Of a stretch of DNA of 64,000 bases, positions 57,261-64,000 are shown piece after piece. Location: NCBI GenBank assembly GCA_965203905.1, contig CBDBDQ010000005.1:3360001-3424000 (forward strand). Direction: 5' to 3'. Position numbers and translations under genes: made by a program. Every line of letters begins with the position of its first letter. The first letter of the stretch is position 1. This DNA comes from Spirochaetia bacterium (GTDB lineage: Bacteria > Spirochaetota > Spirochaetia > SZUA-6 > Bin103). The notes beneath the pieces were generated by a model, which was not told where the DNA came from, did no database searches, and was given only the letters and a program-made list of their open reading frames with translations.

Positions 57261-59389
57261 GACGCTTGCCTGCCTGCGGCGTCCGCGTAGCTGGCGCGGA
57301 GCACGCGGCGCATGGTCTTGTTGGACGCCGTACGCGGCAGGGCATCCACCAGCACCACGTCGTGGATCCGGAACAACGGATTCAGGTGCTCGCGGATGAC
57401 GTTTCTGAAGCGGGCCTGCAACTCCTCGGTCGTGGTCTCGGGGCCCGTCTCGAGTACGGCGTAGACCACCAGGCGCTCGGGACCGCCGCCTGCCGGTTGC
57501 ACGCCCACCGCAGCGGTCTCCACCACTTCGGCAACCGTGTTGAGCAGACGTTCGATTTCCGCCGAGCTGACCTTGATGCCGCCCAGGTTCATGGTGTCGT
57601 CCACCCGCCCGTGGATCCGGTAGCCGCCCCCGGAAAGCTGCTCGATCTGGTCGCCGTGGCGCCGCAGCGGCACGCTTCCGGCCGCCCGCGGCGTGCCGTC
57701 GAAGTACACCGCATGATGATCCTGGTTGAGCAGGGTGGTGGAGAGCCCGACCGAGGGCGGCCGCAGGAACACTTCGCCGTTGCCGGCCGGCCGGCCGGCC
57801 TCGTCGAGAATCAGAAAGTCGATCCCCAGCGCCGGCGTGGTGCAGGTGGTGGGGGCCGACGGCTGCACCACGGTGCCGGTGAGGTAGCCGCCGCCGATCT
57901 CGGTGCCGCCGCAGTATTCGATCACCGGGCGGTAGCCGGCCAGGGCCATCAGGTACAGGTAGTCGTCTCCGTTGGAGGGCTCGCCGGTGGAGCTGAACAC
58001 GCGGATTGCGCTCCAGTCCAGTCCCTCCATGCAGCCGCTGCTGCGCCACGTCCGCACCAGGCTGGGCACCACCCCGAGCATGGTGACGCCGGCATCCTTC
58101 ACGAACTGCCCGAACTCGCGTCCGGTCGGGACGCCGTCGAACAGCGCGATGCTGGCGCGGTTGATGAGACTGGCGTAGATCAGCCACGGCCCCATCATCC
58201 AGCCCAGGCTGGTGGGCCACGCCGCCACGTCCCCGGGCCGGATGTCCTGGTGCAGGCAGCCGTCTGCCGCACACTTCAGCGGCGTGGTGTGGGTCCACGG
58301 GATCGCCTTCGGCTCACCGGTGGTGCCGGAGGAGAACAGGATCGTGGTGGCAGCCTCGGGCTCGCACGGAACCGGACTGAACGTGGCATCGGCGCTGAGA
58401 AAATCCTCCCAGCTCAGGTCGACGCTGCGGCTCACGGGGGCCGGACCGGTGCCTTGCGCCAGCACGATTGCCGGTGGCGCGTCCGCTTCCACCACCTTGG
58501 CGTACAGGGGCAGCAGCTTGCCGTGGCGCAGAATCCGGTCCTGGGTGAAGATCGCCTTGGCGTGCGTGATCTGCAGGCGGATGCCGATCTCCTCCGCCGC
58601 GAAGCTGTCGGCGATGCCGACCGCGGTGCAGCCGGCGAAGATGATCCCCAGGTAGATGGCGACCGACTCCGCGGTCATCGGCAGGTCCAGGGCGATGGCA
58701 TCACCGGGACGGTAGCCGGCGTCGCGCAGCCCGTTGGCGACGCGGTTGGCCAGTGCCCGCAGCTCGCCGTAGCTGACGCTCCCCCGCGGGCCGCCCTCGG
58801 CCTGGTGCACGATCGCGACCGCGTCGTCCGGCGCGTTGAAGCAGCTCTCCGCGATGTTCAGCCGGCCCCCCGGAAACCAGCGCGGCTCGCGCAGGTCGGA
58901 GAGATCGGCCACCGCGTGGTAGGGATGGGCGAAGCGGATCCGCAGCCGCTGCGCCAGGTGGTGCCAGAACTCCGTGAACTGCGTCACCGACCAGTGGAAC
59001 AGGTCCCGATAGGTGTCGCAGCGCTGTTCGCGCATCAACGCGTGCAGGTTGCTGGCGCGGATCTCCTCCTCGGTGGGGATCCAGGCCGGCGCCGGTCCAT
59101 GGGCCAGGTTCCGCTTGCGGTAGGTGCGCTCGTAGAGAAGCTGGTGCACGGCGAAGGGGATCTCGGGAGTGAGCACGGAGCGCGTCAGTTCCTTCCAGCA
59201 GCGCTCCTCCGCCTGCTGGCTGTGCCCGGCCGCGGCGAGCAGGCGGTTCGCACGCTCGCCGACGAACAGCGCGCGCGCCCGGTCGAGGCCGGCGGCGAGC
59301 AGGTCCTTCGACGAAACCCGGTGGGCCGGCGCCCGGTGGACATCGGTCGGCATGGTCTTCGGCGCTGCTGAACGACCGTGCGTGCTCAT
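57257..59389 (-). CDS. AMP-forming acyl-CoA synthetase (AAE17/18-like)
   Basis: LFSSGTTGEPK, STGE, YCGGTEIGG, GRVDDTMNLGGIK, LPRTASNK. Confidence 0.9.
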   Translation of the reverse strand: MSTHGRSAAPKTMPTDVHRAPAHRVSSKDLLAAGLDRARALFVGERANRLLAAAGHSQQAEERCWKELTRSVLTPEIPFAVHQLLYERTYRKRNLAHGPAPAWIPTEEEIRASNLHALMREQRCDTYRDLFHWSVTQFTEFWHHLAQRLRIRFAHPYHAVADLSDLREPRWFPGGRLNIAESCFNAPDDAVAIVHQAEGGPRGSVSYGELRALANRVANGLRDAGYRPGDAIALDLPMTAESVAIYLGIIFAGCTAVGIADSFAAEEIGIRLQITHAKAIFTQDRILRHGKLLPLYAKVVEADAPPAIVLAQGTGPAPVSRSVDLSWEDFLSADATFSPVPCEPEAATTILFSSGTTGEPKAIPWTHTTPLKCAADGCLHQDIRPGDVAAWPTSLGWMMGPWLIYASLINRASIALFDGVPTGREFGQFVKDAGVTMLGVVPSLVRTWRSSGCMEGLDWSAIRVFSSTGEPSNGDDYLYLMALAGYRPVIEYCGGTEIGGGYLTGTVVQPSAPTTCTTPALGIDFLILDEAGRPAGNGEVFLRPPSVGLSTTLLNQDHHAVYFDGTPRAAGSVPLRRHGDQIEQLSGGGYRIHGRVDDTMNLGGIKVSSAEIERLLNTVAEVVETAAVGVQPAGGGPERLVVYAVLETGPETTTEELQARFRNVIREHLNPLFRIHDVVLVDALPRTASNKTMRRVLRASYADAAGRQAS

Positions 59390-59402
59390 GGGTGTCCCTC
59401 GG

Positions 59403-60248
59403 CTACTCCAACCTGCGTTGGTCGCTCAGGTCCTTGCCGCCGACCGCCTGGGTGATGGTGGCGCCGCGGTATTCGCGGATCTCCAACTGGTGGAAGGCGT
59501 TGACGATCATGTGCTGGGTCGGCATGTCCTCCCAGCGGGCGTGGTGGAACTGCACCGTGCCATCGCCGCGCCACATGGCGGTGACCTGGCGATGGGAGCC
59601 CGCGGCCGGGGTGAGGGTGGCGTAGGCGACGTCGGCCTGGTCCCAGTCGCCGGTGCGCGGGATGTACTTGTAGTGGAGCTGGCCGGTGAGCACGCCGTCG
59701 GAGCGCGGCGCGGGCGCGGGCGGGTAGTCGGCCGGTGCCACCGGCTGCATGTCGCGCAGCTTCATGTCGAGGAAGCGGTAGCCCATCCAGCTCGCGGTGA
59801 CGTGGGTCTCGCCCCGGCACACCGCCGGATCCGGCAACTCACAGTAGATCTTGGCGAAGCCGAGTTGCTCGCGCCCGGTCAGGATCGGGTCGGTCAGGTT
59901 CTCCCACAGCACCGTCAGGAACGAACCCATCGCGCGGTCGCTTGCCCCGGTGTAGGTCACCGGGAAGGTGACCCCCATGATGTTGTAGCCGCGGCCGGCG
60001 AGCCACTCGATCTCCTTCATGTGGGTCTGGTCGACGGTCACCACCGGCTCGCCGTGCAGGGCGAAGCCCTCCGGCAGCAGTGCCTCGAGCTGCTCGGGGT
60101 TGGTGAGGAAGCTCACCGAGTAGCTGGTCGATCGGGGATTGTCCCGGCACTCGAAGCGCGCGTCGTCGGGACCCTGCCGCGGTCCCGCCATGGGACCGAA
60201 GTGGGTGGGCATCAGGTACATCATGCCCTTCTCGAAGGTATAGCCCAT
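59403..60248 (-). CDS. Acetoacetate decarboxylase family protein
   Basis: YLMPTHFGP, WLAGRGYN, LWEN..DPILTGREQLGFAK. Confidence 0.85.
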   Translation of the reverse strand: MGYTFEKGMMYLMPTHFGPMAGPRQGPDDARFECRDNPRSTSYSVSFLTNPEQLEALLPEGFALHGEPVVTVDQTHMKEIEWLAGRGYNIMGVTFPVTYTGASDRAMGSFLTVLWENLTDPILTGREQLGFAKIYCELPDPAVCRGETHVTASWMGYRFLDMKLRDMQPVAPADYPPAPAPRSDGVLTGQLHYKYIPRTGDWDQADVAYATLTPAAGSHRQVTAMWRGDGTVQFHHARWEDMPTQHMIVNAFHQLEIREYRGATITQAVGGKDLSDQRRLE

Positions 60249-60325
60249 GACCCGATCCTGCGCCGTGCCGCGCCTGAGATGCAACCCTCCAGCCGCCTCG
60301 CCCAATTCAACGTGGTGTAGTTGCA

Positions 60326-61444
60326 TCACGACGATACGGTATCCTCCTCGTCGTCCAATACCTGCTTGCACACCGTAACGCAATCCTCGCAGATGTAGAC
60401 ACCGGGGGCGATCATGCCGCCAATCAAGTGTCGCGCCGCGGCGGCGCTCTTCCCGCAGAACGAGCAGGACCTCGGATCGCTGCTACCAATGACCGGACGA
60501 GCGTCACCGAGCAGCGCCGCCGCCCGCGCCAGCTCCTCGTCGCCTGCGCGGCGCACCTCCTCGGGATCGCGGCCCTGCCAGTCGAGCAGCCCGCGGCCGC
60601 TCTTGAGCCCGAGATGGCCGGCCGCCGCCAACTCCAGCAGGTAGCGGCGGCCGGCAGCTACCCGCTCGCGGTCATCCACGTCCACCTGGACCCGGGCCGC
60701 CAGGTCCAGCCCCGCCACGTCGCGCTGCGCCAGCGGCCCGCGGACCAGGAAGCGCAGGCCGAAGCCGAAGCGCACGGCGCGGTCGACATCTTCCGCGCTG
60801 GCCAGCCCTTCGGCGACCTGGGCCAGCGCTTCCCGCATCAACGCGCGCTGCAGCCGGTTGGCGATGTAGCCGGCGACGTCGCGCCGCACCCGCACCGGCA
60901 CCTTGCCGCACCGCTCCCAGAGCGAGCAGACCCGCTCCACCGCATCGTCTGGGGTTCGGTCACCGCGCGACACCTCGACCAGCGGTACGATCTGCGCCGG
61001 CAGGAAGAAGTGCGACCCCACGATCCGGGCGTGGCGTTGCGCCCTCACTCGCGCCCCGACCTGGGCTATGGTGAAGCTGGAGCTGTTGGTGGCCAGCAGC
61101 GCGTCCGTCGGCGCCAGCCGGTCCAGCTCCGCGAACAGCTCCTGCTTCACGCCCAGCTCCTCGGGCGCCGCCTCGACCACCAGCCACGCCCGCTCCACGG
61201 CACGCGCCAGGTCGGTGGTGGTACGCAGCCGGGAGGGCGTCTCGCGCGCGACCTGCGCGTCGATCAGGCCATGTCGCTGGAGCCGCTCCAGCGACTCGCG
61301 GACCAGGGCCAACGCGCGCTCCAGCGCCCCGCGGTCGGGGTCGTACAGCCACACCACCGGTTGCGTGCGTGCCAGCACCTCGGCAATGCCGTGGCCCATC
61401 GCGCCCGACCCCACCACCGCGCAGACCGCTTCCATGGCCTTCAC
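60326..61444 (-). CDS. 3-hydroxyacyl-CoA dehydrogenase with C-terminal ClpX-type C4 zinc finger
   Basis: [15 protein letters not shown]...[24 protein letters not shown]; then CSFCGKS...LI...GVYICEDCV. Confidence 0.88.
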   Translation of the reverse strand: MKAMEAVCAVVGSGAMGHGIAEVLARTQPVVWLYDPDRGALERALALVRESLERLQRHGLIDAQVARETPSRLRTTTDLARAVERAWLVVEAAPEELGVKQELFAELDRLAPTDALLATNSSSFTIAQVGARVRAQRHARIVGSHFFLPAQIVPLVEVSRGDRTPDDAVERVCSLWERCGKVPVRVRRDVAGYIANRLQRALMREALAQVAEGLASAEDVDRAVRFGFGLRFLVRGPLAQRDVAGLDLAARVQVDVDDRERVAAGRRYLLELAAAGHLGLKSGRGLLDWQGRDPEEVRRAGDEELARAAALLGDARPVIGSSDPRSCSFCGKSAAAARHLIGGMIAPGVYICEDCVTVCKQVLDDEEDTVSS

Positions 61445-62478
61445 GTAGTGTCCGGTGTCGGAGCATCGGCGCGCAGCAGCCGTTCGTGCTTGAGCTCCTG
61501 CCACAGGTCGCCCGCGATGGGCCAGGCCACCATGGCGACGTTGTCGCGCACCTCGGCGGGCGTCACCGCGCCGGGAATCACGGTGGCGATGGCGGGGTGG
61601 GCGAGGGCGAACTGCAGCGCCGCCGCGCGCAACGGGACCCCGTGGCGCTCGCACACGGCGCTGATTCGGGCCACCCTGTCGTGCACCTCGGGCACCGCTG
61701 CGCTGTAGTTGTAGGTGGCGCCCGCTACCGCGCCGGTGGCGAGGATGCCGGAGGCGTAAGGGGCTCCCTTGATGATGCCGACGTCGTGCTCGGTGCAGTA
61801 GCTCAGCTCGCCGTCGAGCAACTCCTGCTCAACCAGCGAATAGGGTATCGCCAGCAGGAAGTAGTCGAGCGCGATGCGCTCGACGAACCGGGTGATGGTG
61901 CCGGGGTCGTTGACCCCAGCCCCGATGGCACGGATCTCACCGGCCGCCTTCAGCTCCTGGAGCGCGCGCCAGCCACCCGCCCGGACGAGCTGATCGAGGT
62001 AACGGTCGGCGATCTCCGGCGTCGCGTGCTCGCTGTAGTCCAGGTCGTGGATCGTCAGCAGGTCTACCCGGGTGATGCCGAACCGCTGCAGGCTGTCCTC
62101 GTAGGAGCGCATGACACCACCGTAGGAGAAGTCCCAGCGCAGTGCGAAGGGCAGCCCGCCGCTCCAGCCGCCGAGATCCACCTCCCGCGACGGAGGTCGC
62201 GGCCGCTGCAGCAACCTGCCCACCTTGGTCGCCAGCACGGTGTCGCCGAGGTCGCGCTGGCGCAGTTGATAGCCCAGCCGCAGCTCGCTCTGCCCGTGAC
62301 CGTAGAGCGGCGCGGTATCGAACAGGCGGATGCCCGCCTGGTACGCCGCCGCCAGGGTCTCCTGCACCTGTGCTTCAGGTAGGCGCCGGAACAGCCCGCC
62401 GATCGTGGCGCCCCCGAATCCGAGCGCCGTGACCTCGACCCCGCTCCCACCAAGGCGCACCCGCGTCGTCGCCGTCAT
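61441..62478 (-). CDS. Aldo/keto reductase (D-threo-aldose dehydrogenase-like)
   Basis: [32 protein letters not shown]. Confidence 0.9.
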   Translation of the reverse strand: MTATTRVRLGGSGVEVTALGFGGATIGGLFRRLPEAQVQETLAAAYQAGIRLFDTAPLYGHGQSELRLGYQLRQRDLGDTVLATKVGRLLQRPRPPSREVDLGGWSGGLPFALRWDFSYGGVMRSYEDSLQRFGITRVDLLTIHDLDYSEHATPEIADRYLDQLVRAGGWRALQELKAAGEIRAIGAGVNDPGTITRFVERIALDYFLLAIPYSLVEQELLDGELSYCTEHDVGIIKGAPYASGILATGAVAGATYNYSAAVPEVHDRVARISAVCERHGVPLRAAALQFALAHPAIATVIPGAVTPAEVRDNVAMVAWPIAGDLWQELKHERLLRADAPTPDTT

Positions 62479-62507
62479 CGCTGGAGAGACAGTGTAATGT
62501 GACCGCC

Positions 62508-63638
62508 ATGCGCGTCCAACTGCAGCAGTTCGCAGCCGTGACCGCCACCCCGCGCACGGCCTGGACCTTCGCGCTGTTGTCCGACGGCGAAGGCACCGAC
62601 ACCGCGGTCGAGCTGACCCTGGGAGACCGCTCGGAGCGAGTGGCCGACACGCTCGCCAAGTTGCTCGCGGCATTGGGCGGCGCGGAGCTGACCGGCGACT
62701 GGGACGTTGCCCAGCGTATGGGCCTGGTTCCCGACCGGCTGCGGCAAGACGTCGTGCTGGCCACCGCGACAAGCGCCCTGCGCAGCGCCGTGACCCAGCT
62801 CGCTGCGGCTCGCGCGGGGATGAGCCTGCACCGCTTCCTCGGTGCCGAGCCGACCGCGAGCGTCGAGATGTACGCCAACATCAACCGCGCGCTGTTCGCC
62901 ACCGCCCGCACCCCCGCCGACTTCGCACGCGCCGCGGGAAGGGCCGCCCGCGCCGGGTTCCGATGCTTCAAGTGCGCGCCGTTCGACGAGGTCACGCCTG
63001 CCGCGGCGCCGGAAGGGGTGCTCGGCCTCGCCCGGCCCGGACTGGAGCGGACCCGCGCCGTCCGTGACTCAATCGGCGCCGGCGTCCGGCTTCTGGTCGA
63101 CTGCCACGCCCGCTTCACCGTCGCCACCGCACCGCCGATCGCCGAGGAGTTGGCACAGCTCGACGTCGGCTGGTTCGAGGAGCCGGTGCAGCCGCGCACC
63201 GCGGCCGCCGACCTGGCGGCGATCGCGCGCCGTGTGCGGATGCCGGTGGCCGGCGGCGAGTCGGGGTACGGCCGCGACTTCTTCGACGATCTGCTCGACC
63301 GCGGGGCCGTCTCCGTCATCATGCCCGACATCAAGCACTGCGGCGGCGTGGCGGAGGCGGTGCGCGCCGGCCGTTCGGCGCTGGGGCGGGGCAGGGCCTT
63401 CTCGCTGCACAGTCCATCCGGCCCGGTCTCGCTGCTGGCCGGCGCCCACGTCAGCGCCGCCGTGCCGGGCGCACTGCCGCTGGAGCATGCCGTCGACGAG
63501 GTCGACTGGCGCGCCGACCTGATCGACCCCGCCGAGCGGATCGAGGACGGGCGCCTGCTACTGCCGCCCGGCCCCGGCCTTGGAGCGGCCCTCGACTGGC
63601 GCTCCATCCGCCGTCACGGCCGGACCTGGAAACCTTGA
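62508..63638 (+). CDS. Mandelate racemase/muconate lactonizing enzyme family
   Basis: YANINR, KCAPFD, LVDCH, WFEEP, AGGE, MPDIKHCGG. Confidence 0.85.
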   Translation: MRVQLQQFAAVTATPRTAWTFALLSDGEGTDTAVELTLGDRSERVADTLAKLLAALGGAELTGDWDVAQRMGLVPDRLRQDVVLATATSALRSAVTQLAAARAGMSLHRFLGAEPTASVEMYANINRALFATARTPADFARAAGRAARAGFRCFKCAPFDEVTPAAAPEGVLGLARPGLERTRAVRDSIGAGVRLLVDCHARFTVATAPPIAEELAQLDVGWFEEPVQPRTAAADLAAIARRVRMPVAGGESGYGRDFFDDLLDRGAVSVIMPDIKHCGGVAEAVRAGRSALGRGRAFSLHSPSGPVSLLAGAHVSAAVPGALPLEHAVDEVDWRADLIDPAERIEDGRLLLPPGPGLGAALDWRSIRRHGRTWKP

Positions 63639-63737
63639 GACGGCCTTCCGCGAACCAGTCGAAGTACACCTGGATGCTCGGTCAATCCAGGGGGCGTCCG
63701 CGTCGCGCTGCGCATGGCCGGCGTTCCCCCGCGGCTC

Positions 63738-64000
63738 CTACGCTACGGCGTCGCTGAACACCAGCTCCCAGCCATGGAACACCGCCGCCAGGCCGGTGAA
63801 CCGTACCCTCGGGAACTGCCGCGCCAGCCGCTCGTCCGCCAGGTAGCGCCGCAACTGCGCCGTGGCCTCTCCGGCCGCCGCCGCCACGCCCGCCTCGTCC
63901 GCTGACTCGCTGCGCGCCAGGTACTTCAGCTCGATCAGATAGCCGCGTCGCAACTGCGGATAGCGCGCGACCAGCGGCTCCAGGCTGATGTCCGCGTGGC
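63738..64000 (-). CDS. 3' end of a PD-(D/E)XK nuclease-domain protein, probably an AAA-ATPase-like fusion (partial)
   Basis: HADISLEP...YLIELKYL...QLRRY...VFHGWELV. Confidence 0.75.
   Translation of the reverse strand, partial: HADISLEPLVARYPQLRRGYLIELKYLARSESADEAGVAAAAGEATAQLRRYLADERLARQFPRVRFTGLAAVFHGWELVFSDAVA

Noticed and set aside
1-64000. rRNA, tRNA, prophage or intact integrase/transposase
   Set aside because: No such signatures were recognised by eye; a covariance-model scan would be needed to exclude small RNAs fully.

Overview
High-GC bacterial chromosomal window. Solute-binding proteins with 'A(A/G)GE.E'-type signal ends, repeated Uma2 and AAA-PD-(D/E)XK genes and a DUF222-like HNH gene suggest a Spirochaetia-like, possibly host-associated organism (inference only). 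The backbone is catabolic: three intact ABC importer loci, two sulfatases, an Ogl-like propeller, a PHP/DUF3604 hydrolase, four Gfo/Idh/MocA oxidoreductases, two enolase-superfamily enzymes, PhyH, a sterol desaturase, a Tat sulfite-oxidase-like enzyme and an acyl-CoA operon. Interleaved are small, often lower-GC accessory modules: RelE/ParE, HicBA, Phd-VapC and DUF4258-YgiT pairs, a RusA-like + REase/HEPN pair, and several nuclease/ATPase genes. There is much decay: a deletion-collapsed ABC operon, frameshifted toxins beside intact antitoxins, an IS91-like remnant and a group II intron 5' remnant. Best leads are the RusA-like/REase-HEPN cassette, a 3-hydroxyacyl-CoA dehydrogenase fused to a ClpX-type C4 zinc finger, the HNH gene with recurring coding palindromes, the intron remnant, and frequent leaderless-type gene starts. 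No rRNA, tRNA or CRISPR array was seen. All family calls come from motif recognition, not database searches.
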